NCBI GenBank assembly: GCA_030835025.1
Contig: JAUQWS010000071.1
Location: 20,365-84,364, forward strand
Direction of reading: 5' to 3'
Length of the DNA stretch: 64,000 bases
Source: Ignavibacteria bacterium
GTDB lineage: Bacteria > Bacteroidota > Ignavibacteria > Tepidaquicellales > OLB5
The notes beneath the pieces were generated by a model, which made no database searches, was not told the origin of the DNA, and was given only the letters and a program-made list of their open reading frames with translations. Below, piece after piece: positions 52,065 through 60,694 of the stretch. Numbering within the stretch: position 1 is the first letter of the stretch; the number at the start of each line of letters is the position of its first letter. Both the position numbers and the translations under genes were made by a program.

Positions 52065-53182
52065 TATCATTCTGGGAAAAGAATTCATTTCTGAATTACG
52101 ATTGCATAATTGTAGGAAGCGGACTACTCGGGCTTTCCACAGCTTGCGAAATAAGGGAACGGTTTCCGGATAAAGAAGTTCTTGTTCTTGAAAGGGGAAT
52201 TTTTCCAACGGGTGCCAGCACTAAGAACGCCGGATTTCTCTGTTTCGGGAGTCTTACTGAAATACTTGCAGATATTGAAACAAAGGGTGAGGCAAATGCA
52301 ATTGAGCTTGTTGAAAAACGCTGGCAGGGCATTAACCTGCTGAAACAAAGGGTTGTTGAGAACAAAATGGACTATCTGAATTACGGCGGGTATGAACTGA
52401 TAGATGAGAATTCAATTGGATCAATTGAAAAAATAGAATATGTGAACAACCTTCTTAGCGGGATCTTCGGTGGAAAGGTCTTTGAACTGAAAAATGATAA
52501 GATAAAAGCGTTTGGTTTTGACTCGGGCTTTGTCAGATCTCTTGTCTACTCCCCCTATGAAGCCCAGCTTGATACAGGAAAAATGATGCGGACCCTGCTG
52601 AAATATGCAGAGTTTCTTGGAGTACAGATACATAATGGCTGCGAAGTTATCCGGATTGATAACGGGAATGTTGTCATAAGGCACAACGTGCTGAAGGAGG
52701 AAGTTGAGTTCACTTCACAGAACGTAATAGTTTGCACTAACGCTTTGCTGAGTGAACTTGTTCCCGCGCTAAAAGTCAAGCCGGGCAGGGGAGAGGTACT
52801 GATAACAAAACCCATAAAAGGCCTTAAATTCAAGGGCATTTTCCACTACGATGAAGGATATTATTATTTCAGAAATTTCGGAGACAGGGTAATTTTCGGC
52901 GGCGGAAGGAATCTGGATTTCAATACAGAAGAAACCGGTGAATTCGGTTTTAACGAAAAGATAATTAGTGATCTTAAGAAGAAGCTGAATGAAATGATTC
53001 TCCCCGGAACTGAATTTGAGATCGAAAGTATGTGGACAGGGATTATGGGATTTACAGCTGACAAACTGCCTGTAATACACAAAGTGAACGAAAACTTAAC
53101 GGCAGCCCTTAGCTGCAATGGAATGGGGATCGCCCTGAGCTCTCAAGTGGCAAGAGAGATCGTCACTACAGTTTTTGATTAA
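52061..53182 (+). CDS. FAD-dependent oxidoreductase (DAO / glycine-D-amino-acid-oxidase superfamily)
   Basis: 373 aa. The dinucleotide fold reads YDCIIVGSGLLGLSTACEI...VLVLERG. TKNAGFL is also present. An ATGA overlap links it to the upstream gene. Confidence 0.8.
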   Translation: MISFWEKNSFLNYDCIIVGSGLLGLSTACEIRERFPDKEVLVLERGIFPTGASTKNAGFLCFGSLTEILADIETKGEANAIELVEKRWQGINLLKQRVVENKMDYLNYGGYELIDENSIGSIEKIEYVNNLLSGIFGGKVFELKNDKIKAFGFDSGFVRSLVYSPYEAQLDTGKMMRTLLKYAEFLGVQIHNGCEVIRIDNGNVVIRHNVLKEEVEFTSQNVIVCTNALLSELVPALKVKPGRGEVLITKPIKGLKFKGIFHYDEGYYYFRNFGDRVIFGGGRNLDFNTEETGEFGFNEKIISDLKKKLNEMILPGTEFEIESMWTGIMGFTADKLPVIHKVNENLTAALSCNGMGIALSSQVAREIVTTVFD

Positions 53183-53696
53183 GCTTTTCCAGTTCTTTCA
53201 GAACCATTTTTGACCTGGCTTTCAATCCTGCGCTGGAGTTCTTCATTGATATTTCAATGGAACCATATACTTCGTTTCGGATCTCAGGATAGACCTTTGC
53301 CAAATTTACAAGTATTGTCATAGCAAAACACCTGATTGCTATCGTTTCATTTGGATCCTGCAGATACTCAAAGCATTTATTCAATACATATGCATGCAGC
53401 CTCTTCGGTATCTTCTCGCACTGGAGTATTCTTAAGATATTTCTTCTGACGGCAATGTGCGTACCTTCGTCGTTAAGCCTCTTAACCAGCTGCGGAATCT
53501 TCTTTCGAACTATCTCAGGATGAATGTCATAATACGTTCCAAGTGAAGAAGCGGAAAGCTGAACTTCTCGGTAATCACCGTGGAGGAATATTTGAAGCAG
53601 TTCCACGAATCTATCTTCATCACTGCCTATCCAGCCGGCTACCCTTAATGCCTGTTGTTTGGAGTTATCCCTGAGTATTTCTTTAAGGAAGTTCAT
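53166..53696 (-). CDS. Hypothetical helical-repeat (HEAT/ARM-like, DNA-alkylation-repair-like) protein
   Basis: 176 aa, predicted all-helical, with repeated about-35-aa helical hairpins. The family assignment is tentative. It has a 17-nt convergent overlap with the FAD oxidoreductase gene. Confidence 0.5.
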   Translation of the reverse strand: MNFLKEILRDNSKQQALRVAGWIGSDEDRFVELLQIFLHGDYREVQLSASSLGTYYDIHPEIVRKKIPQLVKRLNDEGTHIAVRRNILRILQCEKIPKRLHAYVLNKCFEYLQDPNETIAIRCFAMTILVNLAKVYPEIRNEVYGSIEISMKNSSAGLKARSKMVLKELEKLNQKL

Positions 53697-53749
53697 GGTC
53701 TGCAGAATGATCCTGCCGGACCCTGGAAGCCCGGCATGAGTGAGTAATA

Positions 53750-54247
53750 TTACATAGTTTCATCTGCTGTTGGACCATAAATCCCCGGAAGCGGAACATC
53801 AAGCAGCCTCAGATAAACTGTGAGCTGAGCCCTGTGATGATACTGATGATTGAATGCAAACGACCTGAGAACCGCTGCTTTGGGCAATGTAAAATAGATC
53901 TTATCGCCCGTTCTCATTGTCCAGTTTTCAGAAAACCTTTCATCAGGTGAATTTTTCAGTGTTTTTAACGCCTTTGCAATATTTACATCAAGTATCTTGA
54001 CGAGCTCCTGGTTGTCTTTTGCTATGACAGGTTTATAATCCATCTTGGCAAAATCAAGCTCATCCTGCTCCAATGTAACAGATGCCCATCCGGGTATTTC
54101 TGCAACGTGTGTTGCAAGTCTGCCAAGCGGCATTGATTTCTCGTGCGGTTTCCAGTCTGCCTTATCCAGCGGCACACGCTCAAGTAATTTTCTGGTTGAT
54201 GCAGCTTCCTGCTGAAGTTCAGCAATGAAAAGTTGGTTCATTCCCAT
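53750..54247 (-). CDS. DinB-family protein
   Basis: 165 aa with four-helix-bundle pattern. The conserved His residues are at LATHVAEIP and the terminal FNHQYHHRAQLTVYLRLLDVPLPGIYGP. Confidence 0.8.
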   Translation of the reverse strand: MGMNQLFIAELQQEAASTRKLLERVPLDKADWKPHEKSMPLGRLATHVAEIPGWASVTLEQDELDFAKMDYKPVIAKDNQELVKILDVNIAKALKTLKNSPDERFSENWTMRTGDKIYFTLPKAAVLRSFAFNHQYHHRAQLTVYLRLLDVPLPGIYGPTADETM

Positions 54248-54414
54248 AATAGTATTTTAGCAGAATTAAGTTTTGAAATGTAACGCAAAATAGTATGAAA
54301 TTAATGTATGAACAATGGATAACAATTTAGATTGAAAATTATCAGAACAAGACCAGTGGTTTAAATTTATGTTTATTATGAAACTTTGCAGTTGTTATTG
54401 CCGTACAATATTAA

Positions 54415-54422
54415 TAATTTTG
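54415..54422 (+). promoter_or_regulatory. Bacteroidetes-type -7 promoter box (TAnnTTTG)
   Basis: taattttg lies 43 bp upstream of the ATG at 54465, in a 217-bp divergent intergenic region. Confidence 0.3.
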
Positions 54423-54464
54423 TGAACAGAATCTATTAGGATTAGTTACAATTTAAAAAGTGCA

Positions 54465-55544
54465 ATGAGAAAATTCCTATTGTTAATTACTGTATATTTT
54501 GTTCTGACCTGCGTTGTTTTCGGGGGAGATAAGAGTTGGTTCAAAAGCTTTACCGGCATCATCGGCGGCTCGCCTGTGACAATGCACATAATAAAGTACG
54601 GTGAGAGCATCCAGGGATATTACTATTACAACAAGTATTCCATTCCGCTTAATGTTTTGGGAACCGAGAAGGGCGATTCACTTAGCCTGTTAGCTTACCT
54701 GAACAGCGGGAATACTGAAAGATTCAGAGGAAGAGTAGTCGGGGAGAGCTATTCCGGAATTTGGGAGCTTGATACAACAAAGACAGAACCTTTTACGCTG
54801 AAAGATAACAAAACAATTTCTGAAAAGTTTGAATATGTGTATGTATACGGCACAAAAAAGCTGTTTGAAAAAATGGAGACTTCACCTGTTGCAACTTATA
54901 CAGAAGGGTGTATTTGGCCTGAAGATGATTATGAGAATTCGGAATTTCTAAGGAAACAAATACTCAAGGCAAAGAACTTTCCGCCTGGACTTAATTCGAT
55001 CGGCAGCAGAATGCTGGAGAGCAAGAATGCTTTCATGAAAGAGTATTTTGAACAGAATGAGAAAACTGATACAGCTGAAGCCGGAGATATGAGCTGGAGC
55101 TATACAATGGAAGTTCAGGATATCATGACTTTGGCATACATTGATAAAAATATAGCAGTACTTTCAAGATTCTGGTATAGTTTCTCAGGGGGTGCTCACG
55201 GCAACTATGGAACCGGTTTTTATTGCTATGATCTGAAAGATCAGGAAGAAATTAAGCTGGAGGATGTACTAATTCCGGGCGGGATTTTGAAACTGCCTGA
55301 GCTCCTTGACAAGAATTACAGGAAGCAAAATGATGTTGACCCTAAACAAACACTTTCTGAGGCAGGCTTGTTTATGGATACGATCAAGGCGAATGATAAC
55401 TTCATGATCACTCCCGGGGCGCTTATCTTTAATTATGTGCCTTACGAGATAGGTCCCTATGCCGCAGGGCAAATAGTTATCTATATACCTATGAGTGAAA
55501 TTGAGCCTTATTTGAAACCTGGGGTCAAGAAGTTACTTAAATGA
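54465..55544 (+). CDS. DUF3298/DUF4163 domain protein (secreted)
   Basis: 359 aa with a signal peptide. It shows the hallmark FWYSFSGGAHGNYGTGFYCYDL and the C-terminal FNYVPYEIGPYAAG. Confidence 0.8.
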   Translation: MRKFLLLITVYFVLTCVVFGGDKSWFKSFTGIIGGSPVTMHIIKYGESIQGYYYYNKYSIPLNVLGTEKGDSLSLLAYLNSGNTERFRGRVVGESYSGIWELDTTKTEPFTLKDNKTISEKFEYVYVYGTKKLFEKMETSPVATYTEGCIWPEDDYENSEFLRKQILKAKNFPPGLNSIGSRMLESKNAFMKEYFEQNEKTDTAEAGDMSWSYTMEVQDIMTLAYIDKNIAVLSRFWYSFSGGAHGNYGTGFYCYDLKDQEEIKLEDVLIPGGILKLPELLDKNYRKQNDVDPKQTLSEAGLFMDTIKANDNFMITPGALIFNYVPYEIGPYAAGQIVIYIPMSEIEPYLKPGVKKLLK

Positions 55545-55547
55545 TCA

Positions 55548-55970
55548 ATGAAAGATAAAGATATAGTAAATTCACCAAATGCCCCGGAGCCAGTGGGATT
55601 GTATCCCCATGCAAGGCGGGCAGGGAATCTACTGTTTCTTTCGGGAGTGGGTCCAAGAGAACGCGGCACAAAAAAGATCCCTGGAGTTGAATTGGATAAA
55701 GAGGGAAAAGTCGTTTCTTACGATATCGAAACACAGTGCCGCTCAGTTTTTCAAAATGTTAAGTGGATACTCGAAGAAGCAGGCTCATCGTGGGATAGGC
55801 TGATAGATGTCACTGTTTACCTCACCAACATGAAAGATGACTTCCCTGTATATAATAAGCTTTGGGCTGAGTATTTTAAGGATAACCAGCCATGCAGAAC
55901 AACTCTTGAGATTAACTGCCTGCCTACTCCAATTGCAATTGAACTTAAATGCATCGCTCTGATCGATTGA
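55548..55970 (+). CDS. RidA/YjgF-family protein
   Basis: 140 aa. Motifs seen: LLFLSGVGP, VTVYLTNMKDDFPVYNKLWAEYF, PCRTTLEI and IAIELKCIA. Confidence 0.85.
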   Translation: MKDKDIVNSPNAPEPVGLYPHARRAGNLLFLSGVGPRERGTKKIPGVELDKEGKVVSYDIETQCRSVFQNVKWILEEAGSSWDRLIDVTVYLTNMKDDFPVYNKLWAEYFKDNQPCRTTLEINCLPTPIAIELKCIALID

Positions 55971-55973
55971 TCT

Positions 55974-57185
55974 GTGTCCGGCCCGAAAGATATTCTCATC
56001 AGCAGTTATACTTATGAACTCCCCATTGAAAGGATCGCTCAGCACCCGTTAAAAAACAGGGATGCCTCAAAGCTTCTTGTGTACAGAAGCGGAAGCACAA
56101 CTGAAGCACTTTTCAAAAACATTCCTGACATCATACCTGCAGAGTCACTGCTTATCTTCAATGATACTAAGGTCATAAAAGCGCGCCTGCTTTTTCCGGC
56201 CGCAAACGAAAAGACTGTTGAAATATTCTGCCTGGAACCTGTTTCGCTCGACTCAGATTCGCATACAGCTCTATCAGCAAAAGCAAATGTAAAGTGGAAT
56301 TGTTTCGTAGGAAATCTAAAAGCGTGGAAATCCGGTAAACTCTCAATGAATTTTGAGGGCGGAGTTCTTGATGCAGAGATCGTTGAAAGAAGTTCCGATT
56401 CTTTCAAAGTTGATTTTAAATGGCACCCCGAGAGTTTGATGTTTGCAGAAGTCCTTGAAAGAGCGGGAAGAGTTCCGTTACCTCCTTATATGAAAAGGCC
56501 TCCCGAAGCTGAGGATTCATCAAGGTATCAGACTGTATATGCCAGTGAAGACGGCTCTGTTGCTGCACCAACTGCCGGGCTTCATTTCACTGAAAATGTT
56601 TTGAAAAAACTAAAAGAAAATTCAGTTAAGGAAGCAAATATTACTCTACATGTTGGAGCTGGTACATTCAAACCCGTAAAATCAAAAACAATTGCCTGGC
56701 ATGAAATGCATTCAGAGTTTTTCTCAATATCAAAGAAAGTGATAAAATGCATTCTTGATCAAAAATCAGAAAACATTATAGCAGTCGGAACTACTTCACT
56801 TCGCTCTATTGAATCTCTCTATTGGTATGGTGCGCAGCTTGTCGGCGGAAGAGCACGATCGGGAGGTGAAATTTACATCGGCCAATGGGAACCGTATGAC
56901 AATCCGTCGGAAATCCCTGTTGACGAATCTCTAAACGCCGTACTTCATGAAATGGAAGTTCTAAACGCAGTTACTATCAGCGGCAGAACAGGAATTATGA
57001 TAGTCCCGGGTTATGATTTCAGGGTGTTCAACGGTCTCATAACCAACTTCCATCAGCCTCAAAGTACACTTCTATTGCTGATTGCAGCATTCATAGGTGA
57101 TGATTGGAGAGTAGTGTATGATTATGCTTTAAATAATGGTTTCCGTTTCTTAAGTTACGGTGACGGTTCAATACTGTTCAGGTAA
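55974..57185 (+). CDS. queA: S-adenosylmethionine:tRNA ribosyltransferase-isomerase
   Basis: 403 aa with a GTG start. Motifs seen: YELPIERIAQHPL, RDASKLLV, VPLPPYMKR, YQTVYA, APTAGLHFT and FRFLSYGD. Confidence 0.9.
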   Translation: MSGPKDILISSYTYELPIERIAQHPLKNRDASKLLVYRSGSTTEALFKNIPDIIPAESLLIFNDTKVIKARLLFPAANEKTVEIFCLEPVSLDSDSHTALSAKANVKWNCFVGNLKAWKSGKLSMNFEGGVLDAEIVERSSDSFKVDFKWHPESLMFAEVLERAGRVPLPPYMKRPPEAEDSSRYQTVYASEDGSVAAPTAGLHFTENVLKKLKENSVKEANITLHVGAGTFKPVKSKTIAWHEMHSEFFSISKKVIKCILDQKSENIIAVGTTSLRSIESLYWYGAQLVGGRARSGGEIYIGQWEPYDNPSEIPVDESLNAVLHEMEVLNAVTISGRTGIMIVPGYDFRVFNGLITNFHQPQSTLLLLIAAFIGDDWRVVYDYALNNGFRFLSYGDGSILFR

Positions 57186-57197
57186 ACATCTATAAAT

Positions 57198-57515
57198 ATG
57201 GGAATAATCGTAATTTCCTCCTACAGGCCCAAGCCGGGCAAAGAATTGAAACTCCTTGAAGTTGTTGAAACTCATGTGCCGATCTTAAGAGAACTTAGTA
57301 TGGCTACTGAGCGTGAAGTTATAATTATGAAAGCTAAAAACGGCACAATACTTGAGGTATTTGAGTGGGAATCACAAGATGCAATAAAACGCGCCCATGA
57401 ACACACAAGAGTACATAAAATGTGGAAAGAATTCGAAGCCTGCTGCGAGTATGAGATTCTAGGGAATATTGATGAAGCAAAACATTTATTTTCTGAATTT
57501 GAACCTTTAAATTAA
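57198..57515 (+). CDS. Small ferredoxin-fold protein (ABM/antibiotic-biosynthesis-monooxygenase-like)
   Basis: 105 aa with a beta-alpha-beta pattern. The segment ILEVFEWESQDAIKRAHEHTRVHKMWKEF is typical of ABM-like domains. The assignment is tentative. Confidence 0.5.
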   Translation: MGIIVISSYRPKPGKELKLLEVVETHVPILRELSMATEREVIIMKAKNGTILEVFEWESQDAIKRAHEHTRVHKMWKEFEACCEYEILGNIDEAKHLFSEFEPLN

Positions 57516-57540
57516 ATGTTGCACAACCTTAAAAATTATA

Positions 57541-59742
57541 ATGAAAAGAGAACAGAAGACGGAAAACTATAGGGCTTTTGCCAAATTGTACGGATATATC
57601 CGCTTCTTTCATCCAAGCGACGAAGCAGCTGCAATTGACTGGGATAAATATGCAATATACGGAATGCACTATGTAGAGAGCGTAAACAGTAATGACGAGC
57701 TCAAATTAAGGCTTGAGGAGCTTTTTAAACCAATAGCACCAACAGTTGACATATTTTCAGGCAACGGTGAGTATAAATACGATCTCAGCAGGATTATTCC
57801 AAAAGATACATCAGGTTTATTTCCCGTAGCGTGGCAGCACAGGGGACTGGGAGTAAGCAGGGATTATCTTTATAAAAGTGTTCGTAGCAATCGAATAAAG
57901 CATCCTGTTAATACATCAGGTTCTATTTCAAGATCCTTTGATGCTGAAAAATATAAAGGAAGAAAGATAAAGCTCAAAGCCACTGTGCTTTCTTTTGCCG
58001 GTGAGGATAAAAATTATGGGCTTCTGTGGTTGAATACTACAAATAATACAGGTGCAATAGAAGATCAGGATAAAAAGGATGTCAGGTCGAATGAAATGGA
58101 AGAATACGTAATTTCATGTGAAGTTACTCAAGTTTCAGATAAGATAAACTTTGGTTATTCATTGTGCGGAGAAGGAGTTGCACTTGCTGACAGGTTTTTC
58201 CTTGAAGTAAACAGAGGTAAAGAATGGGAAAAAATTGATTTCGATAACCCTGATTTCGAAAGCGATAAAGCGGGCTCCGCACCTGCCGGGTGGGAGCACA
58301 CAGAGGCAGATTATGATTTTCAGGTCATCTCGTTTGTGCATGGTACAGGAAAGCAGTGCTGCAAGATAGAAAGTGTTTATGAAAAGCAGCTCTTTGATAA
58401 ATTCCCGGAACCGGGAGAGTATTTTGTGAGAGCAATAAACAGCGGATTAAGCTGTGCCGTACCGTTATGCTTATACTCTGATAGAACAGGAACAATACCG
58501 CATGCAGATAAGAATCTGCTGAAAGTGTTAAACGAAACCTTGAATAGGATCACTGTAGATGAGCTAAGTGCAAATAACGTGTATTTTAATTTAGCATGTA
58601 TTGCAATTACATGGAACGTGCTTCAGCATTCTTATCCCTATTTCGATCTGTATGACCTGGATTGGGAAAGTACTCTCGGCGAGTTTTTAAACCGGGCATA
58701 TAATTGTAATTCAGATGAAGATCTTATCAGAATACTTGAAGAAATGCTGGCACTGATCAATGACTGTCATGCAATGGCCAGAAACACAAATGACCGTACT
58801 CTTTCAAACTATCCGCCATTCCAGACTGATTTTGCCGAAGGGAAATTGGTAATTTCAAGATTGTATAATGAAAAAACCGGTTTAAAAGAAGGTGATGTTA
58901 TTACCGAAATTGACGGGAGATCGGTTGAGGATTTAATTCGGGAAAACGAAAAGAGGATTTCCGCAGCTATTCCGGGGTGGAAGAGAGCCATTCTTCTCAG
59001 AGTGCTGCTCAGAAAAAAAGGAAGTTTAGAAATGGTTCTTAAGGTTAAAAGAGAAAATGAAGAATTGGAGAAGACCGTTGAACTTGATCATACATTTTTT
59101 GATTTTGTCGAGAAAGGTGACTACCGGGAATACAGGCCTGAAAAGATTGCGGAGCTTGAAAAAGGATTGTATTATATTGATATGGAAAGAACGGTAATGA
59201 AAGAAATTAAAGAGATAATACATGATTTGGCTTGTGCGAAAGGGGTTATATTTGATATGAGAGGTTATCCCTATTTTACCAGTGAAGTTCTGAATCATTT
59301 ATCTGATATTCCGATGAAATCAGCGCACTGGAACGTTCCGCAAATTATTTATCCTGATAGAGAAAATCTTGCAGGATACCATACAGATGGAAGATGGGAA
59401 ATTGAACCGCAAGCCCCAAAAATAAACGGGAAAGTCGTATTTCTAACAAATGGCAATACAATGAGCGCCGGAGAAAGTGTTATGGGAATTGTAGAAGCAT
59501 ATAAACTTGGGAAAATTGTTGGTGAAACCACAGCCGGCACGAATGGAAATGTTAACATGATAAACCTTCCGGGCGGATACGTTGTAAACTACACCGGGAT
59601 GAAAGTCCTGAAACACGATGGCTCACAGCATCATGGCGTTGGAATCAAACCGGATATTCCTGTTTTTAGGACGATAAAAGGTATTTCCGAAAAACGCGAT
59701 GAATTTCTGGAAAAGGCAATAGAGATCATAAAAGGAAGTTAA
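57541..59742 (+). CDS. S41-family peptidase with a PDZ-like domain and a large uncharacterised N-terminal region
   Basis: 733 aa. The PDZ-like segment reads LKEGDVITEIDGRSVEDL. The S41 core reads VVFLTNGNTMSAGESV, VGETTAG and HHGVGIKPDIPV. No obvious signal peptide is visible. Confidence 0.75.
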   Translation: MKREQKTENYRAFAKLYGYIRFFHPSDEAAAIDWDKYAIYGMHYVESVNSNDELKLRLEELFKPIAPTVDIFSGNGEYKYDLSRIIPKDTSGLFPVAWQHRGLGVSRDYLYKSVRSNRIKHPVNTSGSISRSFDAEKYKGRKIKLKATVLSFAGEDKNYGLLWLNTTNNTGAIEDQDKKDVRSNEMEEYVISCEVTQVSDKINFGYSLCGEGVALADRFFLEVNRGKEWEKIDFDNPDFESDKAGSAPAGWEHTEADYDFQVISFVHGTGKQCCKIESVYEKQLFDKFPEPGEYFVRAINSGLSCAVPLCLYSDRTGTIPHADKNLLKVLNETLNRITVDELSANNVYFNLACIAITWNVLQHSYPYFDLYDLDWESTLGEFLNRAYNCNSDEDLIRILEEMLALINDCHAMARNTNDRTLSNYPPFQTDFAEGKLVISRLYNEKTGLKEGDVITEIDGRSVEDLIRENEKRISAAIPGWKRAILLRVLLRKKGSLEMVLKVKRENEELEKTVELDHTFFDFVEKGDYREYRPEKIAELEKGLYYIDMERTVMKEIKEIIHDLACAKGVIFDMRGYPYFTSEVLNHLSDIPMKSAHWNVPQIIYPDRENLAGYHTDGRWEIEPQAPKINGKVVFLTNGNTMSAGESVMGIVEAYKLGKIVGETTAGTNGNVNMINLPGGYVVNYTGMKVLKHDGSQHHGVGIKPDIPVFRTIKGISEKRDEFLEKAIEIIKGS

Positions 59743-59754
59743 ACTAAATAATTG

Positions 59755-59762
59755 TATTTTTG
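59755..59762 (+). promoter_or_regulatory. Bacteroidetes-type -7 promoter box (TAnnTTTG)
   Basis: tatttttg lies 69 bp upstream of the ATG at 59831. Confidence 0.25.
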
Positions 59763-59830
59763 CAGAAGTGACAGGCAAACCGGGCTGAAACTTCGTGAAT
59801 TAAAATCGCCTCAAATTATATCCTAAGATA

Positions 59831-60361
59831 ATGGAACAACTCAAAAAAAACTGGTGGCTCCTGGCTGTTAGGGGAGTGCTTGCTGTTTTATTCGGACTGC
59901 TTGCATTCTTCTCTCCTTACCTTGTAATGTTTTCGCTTATCACATTATTCGGGTTCTTTGCGGTGCTTTCGGGCTTTTTCATACTGACACTTGCGTTTCT
60001 GGGAGAGCTTGAAAACCGCTGGCTGAGAGTGTTAGAAGGGCTTGTGTTCATTGCAGCCGGAATACTTGTTTTTATGAACCCGGCAATTGCAGTGGGGGGA
60101 ATAATGATCTTCATTGCCGCGTGGGCAATTGTTACCGGACTTCTGGAAATAGCCGGTGCCATCAGGCTGCGTAAGATAATCACAGGCGAGTGGCTAATGA
60201 TACTTAACGGAGCACTGACAATAATATTCGGTGTAATTCTGGCAGGAAATCTGATAACAGGCGCAGGCGTTATTCTTATGGTTATCGGAATATATTCCGT
60301 AATTAGCGGAATTTTTATCCTTGTACTTTCATTCAAAATAAGGAATTATACGGCCAAATAA
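59831..60361 (+). CDS. HdeD/DUF308-family membrane protein
   Basis: 176 aa with six TM helices. The N-terminus reads NWWLLAVRGVLAVLFGLLAF, and the DUF308 units repeat (GIMIFIAAWAIVTGLLEI). Confidence 0.8.
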   Translation: MEQLKKNWWLLAVRGVLAVLFGLLAFFSPYLVMFSLITLFGFFAVLSGFFILTLAFLGELENRWLRVLEGLVFIAAGILVFMNPAIAVGGIMIFIAAWAIVTGLLEIAGAIRLRKIITGEWLMILNGALTIIFGVILAGNLITGAGVILMVIGIYSVISGIFILVLSFKIRNYTAK

Positions 60362-60374
60362 ACAATTTAAGTAT

Positions 60375-60686
60375 ATGGAGGATATTATGAATAAAGAAGA
60401 TAATGAAAACCTTGTTTCTGTCTACACTTCTACTAATCACGCCATTATAGCTGTTGTTAAATCAATTCTTGATGAAGCAGGAATTGAGTACCTGGCAAAA
60501 GGTGATAATCTGCAGAGCACTTATGCCATCAATGCGTTCCCTGTTGAATTTCAGGTAATGCCGGATGATGTTGAGTTTGCAAAGGAACTCCTTAAGGATG
60601 TTGAGGTCAGTAACGGAAGCATGGGTTACGGTTATGAAGAAGGTGAAGAAGATGAGGAGCCTAAAGAAGGCGACGAAAGTAAATAA
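60375..60686 (+). CDS. DUF2007-like small protein with an acidic tail
   Basis: 103 aa. The N-terminus LVSVYTSTNHAIIAVVKSILDEAGIEY follows the DUF2007 pattern. The tail is EEGEEDEEPKEGDESK. Confidence 0.55.
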   Translation: MEDIMNKEDNENLVSVYTSTNHAIIAVVKSILDEAGIEYLAKGDNLQSTYAINAFPVEFQVMPDDVEFAKELLKDVEVSNGSMGYGYEEGEEDEEPKEGDESK

Positions 60687-60694
60687 GAGAACTA

